64,000 bases of DNA from Nemertoderma westbladi (GCA_032718475.1 JAUCBJ010007253.1:156974-220973), one strand, 5' to 3'. Shown: positions 39,401 through 51,900, counted from the stretch's first letter. Notes: a model not told the origin generated them from the letters alone. Made by a program: numbers and translations.

Positions 39401-41537
39401 GGAACAACAACGACGAGACCCTACCATGGCAGATTTCATGTCATTCCTGGATGGAGAAGTGAAATTGCAACTCCTCAAGCAATCCAGAGAGAAGACACCG
39501 GAAAGTAAGGTAAGTGAGAAACCCGTTTCTGGGAGAAGGGTAATACCAGTATGTTATACCGACGACGGTGAAAGCCAAACTTCTCAAGGAGAGGACAGCG
39601 GGAAAGACACTGACAGATCTTATGTCAATAAAATGCCTAAAGATCAGGTAAGTAAATCCAAGTCTCGACCCAATGACAGAAGGGAACCGGTACAAAAAAC
39701 CCCTCCTACGTCTCCTAAAAGAATTCAGATGAGAAAGCCCGAGGAAAGAACAAGTGTGCACCACACAGCACATGTTAAAGTAAGTAACATCAAGCCCAAA
39801 TGTGTGCTGTGCGACGGGCCCCACCGTTTAAATGCGTGTGATAAATTCCTGAGGAAATCACTAAAGGATAGACGTGAAGTCATGTGGGATAAGCGGTTGT
39901 GTTATAATTGCCTCAGACGAGGACACCAACGGCGAACCTGTAACTCCGACGCAAGGTGTGCAAAGTGCGGCGCAAAACATCATATCTTGTTGCACACGGA
40001 ATTCGAACGAAACAGCCTGAGTCAGGTAAGTGAGTCCGAACTACATGTCCAATTCAGTGATGTAAACGACACTGATCAATCTGAGATGGAAGGATTCTAT
40101 ACAGACGAGTTCTCCGACGAAAACGAATCCTGTTACTTGATAAATACCGCAGTGTATCGAGCACTCACATATGAAAAGGATACAGACAGCGACCTCACTC
40201 TAACTACTTCTGAACGACAACCGTCTTGGAAAAAGCCATCTTCCAATGTAGGGATTAGAGAATTTCCTGTGGTACAGGTAAGGGTTCACGGACCTAAACG
40301 GAGTTATGTAGTGAACGCCCTCCTTGACTCCGGTAGTACAGGAACATTCATCGACCAAGAGCTAGCCGAAGACATATTTGCTGGACAACCCAAGTTCCGA
40401 ACTACGCTCAACATGTCAGGCATTATGCAAGTCTGGAAATCCACAATAACAGCGGATTATTATGTAGGAGCGTTGTCCACCCCACAGGACGAACTAGGAG
40501 AACATATCATCCGGTCAGTGAAAATGGTAGCTATAAAGAACTTCGCTACTACTCAAGCAGACCTTTATAATTGGGACGAGGATGAGAGCATCCAACATCT
40601 TAACATACCTCGATTCCAGACTGATTATCCTGGAGTGCAAATACTCATCGGCCAAAACGCGCATGAGGCGCTGGAGACATTAGAGAAACGACCTGCTCAA
40701 CCGCAGCCACTACAGACCTATGCGGTAAGAACTAGAGTAGGTTGGTACCTTACTGGACCTTCCCGTAGAACGCTCAGGGAAAGACTGCTTCAAGATCGCG
40801 TCTGCCAGGTGAGTGAATGGGAAGATGATACTAGTGAGGGAGACGACCCAACTGAGGGAACACCACATTCCTCAGATAATGACAATCTTAACTCCAATGT
40901 AGATCAATGGAGATATTGCCCCAAGACGATGAATATAGTCGACATCGCTTCCGGAGGAGCAACTCCTCAAGAACTGACAGATACTATAGACCGGTTAGGT
41001 GAACCCGACTTCCTGAGTAAGGAGAATGAATGGCCTCCCCATCTTACTCCGACTGAGATTAGACCAGCCAAGGGAGCGGAGAAAGTTAAACCTAAAACCC
41101 GGACGGGTGGATCGGAGTTATTTGAACCCGGGATAGATCTGTCGGTATTACATGTTGCCAGGGACGACGCCGTGGATCTGGGCCTCCCCACCGCGAGTGG
41201 ATCCTTCATGAAGATCAGAGAGAGCGATTGGAGCTCTGGAACATCAGACGTCTCGCAGGGACTCTCACCTCTCCTGCAGAGAGCGACGGACCACTATAGC
41301 TCCTGGAATCGGCTTTGTGACGCCGTCATATACTTTGAGCGATGTTTCTATCGTCACTATTCCAGGACGAAGAGGAAACCTGGAATTGTATTCAGGATAC
41401 AGCGACTCAATCACCCAGTCGGTCGTTTGTGTTTATCGGAAGGGAATGGAGGACTCTCCGGAAACTGTGGAAGGCAAGATTCTCTTCCCACGACCACCTC
41501 CCTAATCCTTCAAACATCTAGGGACTCCATAACGTAA
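36462..41537 (+). CDS. BEL/Pao Gag-protease polyprotein fused to an RNase H C-terminal remnant; RT and integrase absent
   Basis: DUF1759-like KFNGDEMKWLPF, triple Cys-His knuckle CVLC...CYNCLRRGH...CAKCGAKHHILLH, protease ALLDSGSTGTFI, then QWRYCPKTMNIVDIASGG and YSSWNRL. Confidence 0.92.
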   Translation: MSDTKQNLSDSLLDVTICDSDRGVEPSSRKSSSPPTVRKVIPPVVITEPRLVQHRRSIIGTRAQVKRDQEAAEQQQPASQELITQRPSSSSSEDTVELTPERGAEMTDAVYTDPLLILPAAVLTRLLIAVEEHQIDWARSQRPTRDSYAGYTSEELKSIVESQWNFPGPGLPFDLSEAAWEDIHRMGVAKETIDPAVWKRSAAGYAQGFFSSMERVEKQLFQQPQGPQEQGSLLYQVRERVLRIRLILSAFEEASKRRQDTSLQVAVKTWFQRVRCQVQGAAQWKAQLEERSTHGESTDATFSQVESEATAEKPHKKDAIDIYLSDYQRFVGDAELRRRLEGLSPNSEGAKLVLDAIDVDRLAANQAKFDEQLRIAREREEQVKKKRIEDRKAAAVAAAVASAEAERKTAAAEAKAAAAEAAAEAKAAAEAERKTAAAEAKAAAAAAEAKAAAEAERKTAAAEAKAAAAEAAAEAKAAAEAERKVAEAVVEAERRAAEETNQLELENIQENQDCINKQLTASNMQMMNRSTPKRQGYTSSEEGDTTDTEGKGNRSCLSRRKRTFHRQKLPDLPPAVRRQLNSTNLGSTEPTDQIIKIERLPTIVDEPEIIRPVLEITPTVIDTPVLPEITAKFPLHSTKLPVPRRTAQETVQVLYPERNIHNLSPVVPRPPATSLATPASAVEWVDERRRGMDILLGQMQETVQQFKGTVRESKLELQEMQQSIALERDKLVNTQRGIPPPSVTMCQPVRSEVSHAQGVEPTRIYTASEVETPIVNPIKGNYRPVDNDIPYRPDHNPRNLYTDNSILNNTMAQESFTRQMARTEARQAVKVGEIVKFNGDEMKWLPFNEYYKDNIQNSVLSNGEKLRFLIECLEGPPKSMALKFIGHPDGLRQVWDTLNIRYGNRTNIARYLYAKLMAPRKFLSSGIIEFSDEIQEICRQLDWLGKSHEYQNSMVVGALASTLPKGGVGTRWDKKVLYMMEQQRRDPTMADFMSFLDGEVKLQLLKQSREKTPESKVSEKPVSGRRVIPVCYTDDGESQTSQGEDSGKDTDRSYVNKMPKDQVSKSKSRPNDRREPVQKTPPTSPKRIQMRKPEERTSVHHTAHVKVSNIKPKCVLCDGPHRLNACDKFLRKSLKDRREVMWDKRLCYNCLRRGHQRRTCNSDARCAKCGAKHHILLHTEFERNSLSQVSESELHVQFSDVNDTDQSEMEGFYTDEFSDENESCYLINTAVYRALTYEKDTDSDLTLTTSERQPSWKKPSSNVGIREFPVVQVRVHGPKRSYVVNALLDSGSTGTFIDQELAEDIFAGQPKFRTTLNMSGIMQVWKSTITADYYVGALSTPQDELGEHIIRSVKMVAIKNFATTQADLYNWDEDESIQHLNIPRFQTDYPGVQILIGQNAHEALETLEKRPAQPQPLQTYAVRTRVGWYLTGPSRRTLRERLLQDRVCQVSEWEDDTSEGDDPTEGTPHSSDNDNLNSNVDQWRYCPKTMNIVDIASGGATPQELTDTIDRLGEPDFLSKENEWPPHLTPTEIRPAKGAEKVKPKTRTGGSELFEPGIDLSVLHVARDDAVDLGLPTASGSFMKIRESDWSSGTSDVSQGLSPLLQRATDHYSSWNRLCDAVIYFERCFYRHYSRTKRKPGIVFRIQRLNHPVGRLCLSEGNGGLSGNCGRQDSLPTTTSLILQTSRDSIT

Positions 41538-44500
41538 CAACATATGGAGTGGGTGTGTGACTCTATTATTTTATATTATTTTATTATTTTTATATTTATG
41601 TATGTATTACTATGTAATTTTATTATAATCGTTTTATTTAATTTAGTAGAATATTATTTAGCGATTATTTAGTAGAATAGTGCAATATATTCGTGTTTAT
41701 TACGTACGTAATTAATTATATTATATTTAGTACGACGGCGAAGAAATAATTAATTTTTTCTCTTTCCTTACTGTCCGTATTATATTATAAATACGTAACT
41801 ACAGTAAGATGAAATGTCCGTACTTATTAAAGTACAATAAAGCCACTACTATATTAAAGTATTATTGGTAGGCAGAGTATTAGGAATGCAAAGTTCAGAT
41901 CCTCGTGTCTCGGCTAAACCAAGCTCTGGGTAGACCTTGGAAACGACTTGCCTCTTCACACTGACATTGCTTCGTGCGATATTGCTCTCATACCGTATAT
42001 TAAATAATACATATAGTAGCGTGATGTCCCTTTAACAGTAGCGTATAACGCAAAATAAATCTGTTAAACCCTTTGACCATCTGTAATTCTAGTCGATTAA
42101 GATATCGTGGCACCCACCGATATACTTGAAAGACAAATTATAGAATCAGTGGTTAACGTCCCCAGACAAGTTCTGGAATAAATCGGTGCCCATCTCAAAT
42201 ATTAATTAGTTAATATTTACAAATCAAATAAGTCAAAATCTGTAAAATTCAGATCCTTCAACAATTCTAGTCAATTAAGATATCGTAGCATTTACCGATA
42301 TTCTTAAAGAGACAATTTTCTTAGAATTAAGGATCTTGTGTCCCTAAACATGTTCTAGAATCAAAATATGTCTATTTAATTATCAAATAATAAAATTTCA
42401 GGGAATAAATTTAAATTCATGTCTTTTAATGAATTTAATAAATTGCCATTTTACGCAATTTATAACATTCCCAAAATTCCATTAATTAATAGATCAAGGG
42501 AGCGGAGATTTATATTATTATGCGTATGCGTGTACGAAAGTCTCCCAAACATAGTCAATAGCCGATAAAATTCATAAAGTCATGTATAAACAGGACATTG
42601 ACTATTAAAGAATTACTATTAAATAACATCCCAGATCTGTATGCATTGGAATTACTCTAATTCTACCGCTAGCTTTACATAATGTCACCATAGCAACAAC
42701 CACGCTAGAATTAGAATTGAGTTAAAGGAACAATAGAAAGCTTGTCCCATTGAATAGCATAGGGAATAAATAGCGCACTGCTAGTATCCAAGGATACATA
42801 ACAATACAGTGACATTCTGGAAGGCATTGACTAACGGACAAATGGCCCGAATGTGTGTAGTTGTGACAAGTTGTGCGGTATTTGTGAGTTTATAGGTGAA
42901 TGTTACTGCTAAAGTGTGTTTACAGTAGCTAGTCGCAATCGTAAAAGTAACCTAACTCTCCAAGGAAAACCTGACGTACATCTAAGCCTTTGGGACGGAC
43001 AGTGGAGTGACTTGTGCCGGTTGTCGTTGTCGTTGTGCGGCTACGTCGTTGGCGAAAGTACAGCGGAGACGACACATCGGCGCTGAGGATCTCATACTGT
43101 CCGGGGGTTGATTGGGGTAGGCAGCGACGCCCGCTCGCCTAAATATAAACTCATTATAATATGGATAAACTCATATATAGCAGATATGACGGAGTTGATA
43201 GAAGATGGTCTTGGTATCGGGGAGCGATATACTCTACTTTTACAAGCGTTTGTTGATAGCTTAATACGCGGCGACGTTAGTCCAACTGCTGCGGAGGACG
43301 ATGGTCGTTATATCGAACCGCCAATGTCCCAAGAGCAGCTCGCGCGCGAGTTGGACTATAGAAAATTCGCCGCTCGATATACGCAGCGTAATGGTACGTA
43401 TATGGTCTTCTTAACTACTGGTCATCCTATCGCTCTACATAATACGGACTATGTCGACTATATATCCTGCCCAGCGGAGTCGGAACCATAAACTGAAATT
43501 CGAGTGCGAAATTTCTATTCGAAATTGACTCGAAAGAAAAGACACTAAAGAAACAAATAAACGCGGTAACTCCAACGTATGTTTGGAATTCTTGACAGAA
43601 GCATTGTAACAACAAATAAATATCACCCGCGTTTCCCCTACCAGACGTGCGTCTTTGGTATTATTACGGTAAATGCCCTAGACCCAGCCAATAAACGGAA
43701 AGACATAAACATCCACGGAAACGTTGTGTTAAACACAGTTGTGTTCGTTATATTTACTCGAGTTTTGAGCAAAACTTGTTTGACGTATCACCTATGCTCA
43801 CTCGGTTCTAACGATCCTGGAGTAAACCTATGATCAAAGTCCCGGAATACTCGGTCAAACCTCCTCATTCCTCAGTTGGACCTCAGACCTGCGATCCTGG
43901 TGGTGTCGCGGATCCTCGCGGACTGTATTCACTGTTCAAAGATCTAGTGCTACCCTAACAATTAATCGGTAACACTCCGACAGTGATTTCTACCTAGCCG
44001 CCCATCTTACCTAGCCGGATTATGACGCGGACACCTAATATCACTATCCATCCGTATGGTCGTCCCGTTTAACGCGATACAACCCTTCATCAAGGTGAAG
44101 GAGAGCGTTGTACGAAACGAGTTAAACGCTATTCTATAAAGATCAAAAAAGAAATCTGCGTTTGTTCAGATAAACGTAAGTTATAACAGTAAGTCCAATC
44201 GATAAACGAATTGGCCTTATCTCAGTTCGATTGAGAAATCTCGAATCTCAAAGAAGATATCAAGCTTAGAAAACCCTATTCTTTGCGAGAGTTTTGTACG
44301 AACGTATCCCATGACAAGCGGAGGAAAATCAGCTCGAGGAGAAGCATATCGAAATGGACGAGACACCGACCGTAAACCCAAACCTTCTAATGCAATCATA
44401 TTGCACCCTTCGCCTAGGAGCTACAGCCCTCCTCATAAAGTGGCTCGCCCCAAGGAGAAAAGGACTCTCGCTAGCCTCAAGAAACTGCGTAAACGCCGTC

Positions 44501-44595
44501 CACGCAAGAAAGACTAACTGTTTAGAGTATTTTTATATTTTAGAAACTGTGATTTTGTATATTTTATAGACTTAAATCCCATTTTCTGGGAGCGG

Positions 44596-45824
44596 TGTAA
44601 AAGCTTTTGTGGGATAACTGATTCGTTTGCCTTGCCAACCAGTTCCCCCCCTGTCGCTAGAAATACTCAAAAGGGGATCTATAGTTAAAATAGTGTAAGC
44701 TACCAGCTTATTGGCTGATTTGCGGTATGCAGGTATCTGGGCTCTGTTTAATCGTCCAACTAGCCTAAGAGGGTTGCGTCATAGCCCTGTTTTTGTATCT
44801 CCCAATAGAATTTGAGTTATCCTGGATTTTAACCAATCCTGAGCTACTGAACTGAAATTTTCCTATCTCACTGCTCATCCTCTGTGTTGAACGGGAGCTT
44901 CGTGGAATAAGTGTAGTTGGTATTCTCGTAGTCACGAGTTTTTCAAAGCCACGAAAGAACGGCTTTATAGTGTTTTGTGCTTTTCTGCTTTTTAGCTCAA
45001 CACTAGTAGGTTTAATTATAAGGACATATATCCTTTAACTAATGACTGATCTAATCATACCTAACGACTTACGGACTAACAACACTCTGTGAATATCACT
45101 CTGCAAACACTGAAACATTGCAAACTCATAACAATCAGTGTTCAGTTGTTGTTTTATACTGCTATTTGCTGTCGGTTATTCATTATATTTGTGGATGAAT
45201 TATTATATTTGGAATAACGAGAAACAACCCCGAAACCCAATATTCTTGATATACCGAAGGTAAGAGAGAAAGGTTACAGATAAACGATTGTGACTTATGT
45301 TAAAGTGGTTTGAAGTGAATCTAATGTTATTTGATAGACCCTACACGAGTCAGCCTGTGTTCCTTTTATATGTGACTAAAATCAGTGAAGATCGGCAGAT
45401 TAGTGTGCAGTATTGTGCAGCATTGTGTATGCGTGAGTCTGTTAAAGAAGCATTTCCTAAAGAATGCGCCATATATGTTAATTATAACTAAACCATATCG
45501 TTGTGAGTAGTTTAAGTCATAACTCTGTTTATATAGATAGAGCGCCACGTCCTAAAGGAACTGTTAATATTCCCCGAAGGTGAATAATATTGTCAGAGAT
45601 TATATAATACTGTCAGTCGAATAATACATTAGGCTTACATAGCAATAAGATTAAACCGTCGAACTCAATCTCCCGGGTATAACCAGCGGGTGAATGATCG
45701 CGCACGGATTGGTTTCGACTAGTGTAGTGAATCAAATACTTGTCGTAGGCAGAAAAGCGATTTAATATCTAGAAGACATCATAATTTGGCGGGTTAAACT
45801 GCCAAAGGTCTGAAAGCGCGAACA
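44596..45824 (+). repeat. BEL copy 1 3' LTR
   Basis: Direct repeat of 33053-34281. Confidence 0.95.
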
Positions 45825-47944
45825 CGGTGTAAGCCGTGCCAAATGAATCGTTTGGCGATGAGTCGGCGTGAAGACCGGATGGAGGGGTGGGAGAATCCGT
45901 GGATAGAGTCGAACACTCTACGTCGCCATTGTTCCGGAATAATAGGCCGAGGGTTGGGGGTCGAAACGTCGCAGAGGACGGTGAACGCGCCGTTCTCGAA
46001 AGGGACGTCGTTGATGACAAGGCTCGTCATGGCGGTGCGGTACGACTGTACATCGGGGTCGTCGTGTTGGGCCTGGGACAATGCTGAATAGTCTATTTGT
46101 TGGTCGCGGGATGTAGCATTGAGTTCAGGTGGGTCTGGGATTTCAACTCGGGAAAGGGCGTCGGCGACGAAGTTGGACTTCCCAACAATGTGTCGGACGT
46201 CGGTGGTGAACTCGGACACGAAAGCGAGGTGTCGCTGTTGGCGTGGCGACCAGCGCTCCGAGGCACTGCGGAAGGCGAATGTGAGGGGTTTGTGGTCGGT
46301 GTATACATGGAAACTACGCCCCTCGAGGAAATAATGGAAGTGCCGAATACCCAGATACAACGCTAGGAGTTCGCGATCGAATGCACTGTATCGGGTTTCG
46401 GCTGGGTGAAGCTTCCGCGAGAAGAAAGCAACGGGTTTCCAGGAGCCGTCAAGGAATTGCTCAAGGACGCCACCAACTGCTTTGTCAGAGGCGTCGACGG
46501 TGAGGCTGGTGGCAGCGGTGTGGCTCGGGTGGACTAGGAGTGTGGCGGAGGCTAACGCGGACTTGGCGTTATCGAAAGCAGCCACCATGGTGGAAATCCA
46601 GACGATGGACTTTGCAGTAGAGGCGAGCGCATTGTGGAGTGGGTGGAGCAACTCGGCGGCGTGCGGGATAAACCTGTGATAAAAATTTATCATGCCGAGA
46701 AACTTCTGAAGGCCTTTCTTGTCGGAGGGGCGGGGGAAGTTCGCGATGGCCTCGACCTTCTCGGGTATGGGCTCAGCACCGGCGGCGGATATTCGGTGGC
46801 CCAGGAAGGTGAGTATCGGGACCCCGAAAATAGACTTCTTCAGGTTGATGATGAGTCCGTGGGGGGCGAGGCGGCTGAATAGCAACCGGAGGTGTTCGAG
46901 ATGTTCCTCGGGGTTCGAACTCGCGATCAGGATGTCGTCAAGATAGACAAATGCGAAATGGAGGCCCCGGCAGACGTTGTCCATCAGTCTTTGGAAGGAT
47001 TGTGCGGCATTACGGGTTCCAAAAGGCATTCGAATAAATTCGAATAACCCGAACGGAGTAATCACCCCAGTCTTTGGAATGTCTTCCTCCGCCACCGGGA
47101 TTTGATGGTATCCCCGAACTAGATCGACCTTCGAAAATATTCTAGTGCCGTCGAGTTGGGAGGAGAAATCCTGTAGGTGGGGGATCGGGTATCTGTCGGG
47201 GGTAGTCGCGTCGTTGAGGCGGCGGTAGTCGCCACAGGGGCGCCAACCGCCGCTCGGTTTGGGGGCGAGGTGTAGTGGGGATGCCCAGGTGCTCGATGAG
47301 CGGCGAATTATCCCCATCTGTTCCATCTGCTCGAATTTGCGTCGAGCGATCACGAGTTTATCGGGCGGTAGCCGGCGCGGTCGAGCGAACACTGGCGGTC
47401 CTTTCGTGGGGATATGGTGCTCGACGCCGTGTTTGGTGCTCGGTTGGGAGAAACACGGCTTGGTGAGAGCAGGATAATTCGATAGCAGTTCTCGATATAT
47501 GTTGCTCGGTTGGTCGAATGCGTGGAGACCGGGGGCGACAGTATCGGCGAGACGTGCTGGAATACTGGCGAAGGTTTCCGCGTCGATGAGGCGTTGACCG
47601 TGGATGTCGATGAGGAGTCCGTTGTCACTGAAAAAATCCGCGCCGAGAATTGGCTGTGAGACGTCGGCGAGGGTAAATTCCCAGTTCATCCGGCCAAGGT
47701 TTAAGTTCAGGGGAATATCCCGAGTTCCATACGTACGTATTGTGCTGCCGTTCGCGGCAACTAGCGGGTCGGTCAGTGTGGGAAAACGCCGTTCTCGTGG
47801 GGAGGCGGGAAAAACGCTCACCTCGGCCCCAGAGTCGATGAGGAAACGCAGACCGGCGTTTTTATCCCAAACGTAGAGTAGGCGACTGGAACTACTCCGA
47901 CCAGCTGAACTCGTCGCCACTAGCGGCTGGTCGGGCCGTTTCCC
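45825..47944 (-). pseudogene. Gypsy pol (PR-RT-RNase H) of the left unit, interrupted in the integrase zinc finger
   Basis: Motifs [26 protein letters not shown] and YTDHKPL; the frame runs into the BEL LTR. Confidence 0.93.
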
Positions 47945-48594
47945 GCCGGGAACGTGCACGGCCCACGGCAGTTCTTGGCTTTGGTACCGTACTTAGCATG
48001 GTACCAGCACAAGGTGGAGTCGCTGACGCGGCGATCGGATGTGCTCATCTTCGGTGGCGGTTTATCGCCTCGCGGTGGGCGACTAACTCCGTACGCCGGG
48101 GTTTGCTGAGCCTTCGCCTCGATGACGGCGTCGGCAGCGTTTGTGAGTTCGTGCACATCAGTGAGTTTGAGCGCGGAAACGGTTATCCGGACATCGTCGG
48201 GAAGCTGTTGAAGGAACAGCTGGAGGAAGAGGTGGTCGACTGGGTTGGTGCCGTGTAGGGCGAGCATGTAGTCGAGCAGCTCCGTTGGTTTCCTGTCACC
48301 GAGTCCCGGTAGGTTTAGTAGTTTTGCAGCCTTTTGGTTGGGGGTGAGGCTGTAAACTCGGAGCAGTGCGGCTTTCAGGAACTCGTATTTTCCTGTTGCA
48401 GGCGGGTTGGAAATGGTGGCTACTAACCGACTGGCCACGGTCTGGTCGAGCGCGGCAACGACGTAATAGTACCGCGTTTCGTCCGCGGTTATAGCGCGTG
48501 TGGCGAACTGGGCTTCGGCTTGGAGGAACCACACGTTGGGTTCCAGGGGCCAGAAACAGGGAAGTTTCAGCGAAACGGCGTTCTGTTCGGCCAT
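47920..48594 (-). CDS. Gypsy gag of the left unit
   Basis: KLPCFW...[10 protein letters not shown]-terminus; [18 protein letters not shown] knuckle. Confidence 0.9.
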   Translation of the reverse strand: MAEQNAVSLKLPCFWPLEPNVWFLQAEAQFATRAITADETRYYYVVAALDQTVASRLVATISNPPATGKYEFLKAALLRVYSLTPNQKAAKLLNLPGLGDRKPTELLDYMLALHGTNPVDHLFLQLFLQQLPDDVRITVSALKLTDVHELTNAADAVIEAKAQQTPAYGVSRPPRGDKPPPKMSTSDRRVSDSTLCWYHAKYGTKAKNCRGPCTFPAGNGPTSR

Positions 48595-48682
48595 GGCTGA
48601 GCAGCTGAGTTCGCGTTCGTCCGGGCTGACTCGTGGTTGTGGTTGCGTGTCGATTGGTAGACTAGAATCGCCGGGTCACCAA

Positions 48683-48979
48683 TGTAGGTACGCTGAGAGT
48701 CGTCTCTTTAGCGTCCCACTTTATAACATTATAATATTATAGCAAAATATAAGAATAGGTTTTATATTAGTGAGTTATATTGTCAATATTATGTTCAGAC
48801 AATCAGAAGCCTGACAGCCTAAAGCAGTAGGCCTAAGTGCTACAGTATTGCACTGTATACTGAAAGTATATTCTCTAGTTGGGGCGAGCCATTCCGTGGG
48901 CGAGCCAACTAGTGAGTTATATTGAGCCAAGGGTCTATCAGTATCTTTTGTGTGCCCTTGTCCATGGTAGTCCGCTACA
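48683..48979 (-). repeat. Gypsy shared middle LTR
   Basis: PBS on its left and PPT on its right. Confidence 0.95.
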
Positions 48980-48988
48980 CTACCCCCC

Positions 48989-51900
48989 CTAGTGATAGAT
49001 CCAAGGTGATTGATTTCCCGAGTAGTACGCCGGCGGTTGTGAAATGCGACCAGAGCGAGTTTTAGCGCAGGGCCGCGGTTGTGCGTTGTGTGGACACGGT
49101 GGGGTCTGGTTAGCGGCAGGTTTAGGTGTGGTCGGTTTGGGTACAGTTACAGCTGGAGCGGGATTGGGCGGATCGTCGAGGAATGCCGGTTTCAGTCGGT
49201 CTACTGAGACGTTGGTGTTGCGGCCGTTTACAGACAGGGAGAAATATTTGTCGGCCCGTTCTAGAACCTTAAAAGGTCCGTCGTACTGACACTGCAGGGG
49301 GCTCTTGTGGGCGTCGTGTCGGACAAAAACGAATTCCGTCTGCAGCAGGTCGGCGGGGATGTGTGTCCGACGGTGTCCGTGGCGGGTGGTCGGGGTAGCA
49401 CGGAGGCGGCTCATGGTCTGCTGGAGGCTGGTGATAAACTCGCTGGGATGGGCATGACAATCGTTCGTTGGGTCGGGGAGGAAAAATTCACTGGGAAAGC
49501 GGATCGTAGTCCCGTAGAGGAGTTCGGCCGGTGTGCAGCCAAGGTCTTCCTTCGGGGTGTTTCGGATTCCTAAGAGGACGAGGGGAAGTTCGTCCACCCA
49601 GTTCGCGCCAGTCAGCCGAGCTTTAAGGGACGCCTTAAGCTGTCTGTGGAAACGTTCCACAATTCCGTTAGACTGGGGGTGATAGGCGGTGGTGTGGTGT
49701 GATTGTGAGCCAAGCAACACGTTGAGGGAAGCCCACAGTTCGGATGTGAACTGGGCGCCGCGGTCGGATGTTATGTCGGCTGGAACTCCGTAGTGGGCCA
49801 CCCAATGAGCGAGGAGTGCGCGGGCGCGGGATACGGCGGTGGCGTCGGCCATGGGGACAGCCTCGGGCCACCGGGTGAACCTGTCTATGATGGTGAAAAG
49901 ATAAGTTGCGCCTTGGGAGGGGGGGGGGGGGGGGGGGACCCACGATGTCGACGTGGATCTTCTCGAAACGGCGATTCGGAGTTTGAAATGTCTCCAAGGG
50001 GGCCGATATGTGGCGTTGAGTTTTAGCTCGTTGACAACCGAGGCACTCCTTTGCCCACTTCCCGATGTCGCGGTGTAAGCCGTGCCAAATGAATCGTTTG
50101 GTGATGAGTCGGCGTGAAGACCGGATGGAGGGGTGGGAGAATCCGTGGATAGAGTCGAACACTCTACGTCGCCATTGTTCCGGAATAATAGGCCGAGGGT
50201 TGGGGGTCGAAACGTCGCAGAGGACGGTGAACGCGCCGTTCTCGAAAGGGACGTCGTTGATGACAAGGCTCGTCATGGCGGTGCGGTACGACTGTACATC
50301 GGGGTCGTCGTGTTGGGCCTGGGACAATGCTGAATAGTCTATTTGTTGGTCACGGGATGTAGCATTGAGTTCAGGTGGGTCTGGGATTTCAACTCGGGAA
50401 AGGGCGTCGGCGACGAAGTTGGACTTCCCAACAATGTGTCGGACGTCGGTGGTAAACTCGGACACGAAAGCGAGGTGTCGCTGTTGGCGTGGCGACCAGC
50501 GCTCCGAGGCACTGCGGAAGGCGAATGTGAGGGGTTTGTGGTCGGTGTATACATGGAAACTACGCCCCTCGAGGAAATAATGGAAGTGCCGAATACCCAG
50601 ATACAACGCTAGGAGTTCGCGATCGAATGCGCTGTATCGGGTTTCGGCTGGGTGAAGCTTCCGCGAGAAGAAAGCAACGGGTTTCCAGGAGCCGTCAAGG
50701 AATTGCTCAAGGACGCCACCAACTGCTTTGTCAGAGGCGTCGACGGTGAGGCTGGTGGCAGCGGTGTGGCTCGGGTGGACTAGGAGTGTGGCGGAGGCTA
50801 ACGCGGACTTGGCGTTATCGAAAGCAGCCACCATGGTGGAAATCCAGACGATGGACTTTGCAGTAGAGGCGAGCGCATTGTGGAGTGGGTGGAGCAACTC
50901 GGCGGCGTGCGGGATAAACCTGTGGTAAAAATTTATCATGCCGAGAAACTTCTGAAGGCCTTTCTTGTCGGAGGGGCGGGGGAAGTTCGCGATGGCCTCG
51001 ACCTTCTCGGGTATGGGCTCGGCACCGGCGGCGGATATTCGGTGGCCCAGGAAGGTGAGTATCGGGACCCCGAAAATACACTTCTTCAGGTTGATGATGA
51101 GTCCGTGGGGGGCGAGGCGGCTGAATAGCAACCGGAGGTGTTCGAGATGTTCCTCGGGGTTCGAACTCGCGATCAGGATGTCGTCAAGATAGACAAACGC
51201 GAAATGGAGGCCCCGGCAGACGTTGTCCATCAGTCTTTGGAAGGATTGTGCGGCATTACGGGTTCCAAAAGGCATTCGAATAAATTCGAATAACCCGAAC
51301 GGAGTAATCACCGCAGTCTTTGGAATGTCTTCCTCCGCCACCGGGATTTGATGGTATCCCCGAACTAGATCGACCTTCGAAAATATTCTAGTGCCGTCGA
51401 GTTGGGAGGAGAAATCCTGTAGGTGGGGGATCGGGTATCTGTCGGGGGTAGTCGCATCGTTGAGGCGGCGGTAGTCGCCACAGGGGCGCCAACCGCCGCT
51501 CGGTTTGGGGGCGAGGTGTAGTGGGGATGCCCAGGTGCTCGATGAGCGGCGAATTATCCCCATCTGTTCCATCTGCTCGAATTTGCGTCGAGTGATCACG
51601 AGTTTATCGGGCGGTAGCCGGCGCGGTCGAGCGAACACTGGCGGTCCTTTCGTGGGGATATGGTGCTCGACGCCGTGTTTGGTGCTCGGTTGGGAGAAAC
51701 ACGGCTTGGTGAGAGCAGGATAATTCGATAGCAGTTCTCGATATATGTTGCTCGGTTGGTCGAATGCGTGGAGACCGGGGGCGACAGTATCGGCGAGACG
51801 TGCTGGAATACTGGCGAAGGTTTCCGCGTCGATGAGGCGTTGACCGTGGATGTCGATGAGGAGTCCGTTGTCACTGAAAAAATCCGCGCCGAGAATTGGC

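Larger units (their letters stand above)
33053..45824 (+). mobile_element. BEL/Pao LTR retrotransposon copy 1, internally deleted (non-autonomous)
   Basis: Two 1229-bp LTRs. 5-bp TSD CGGTG at 33048-33052 and 45825-45829. PPT-like GGGAGCGG before the 3' LTR. Confidence 0.95.
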
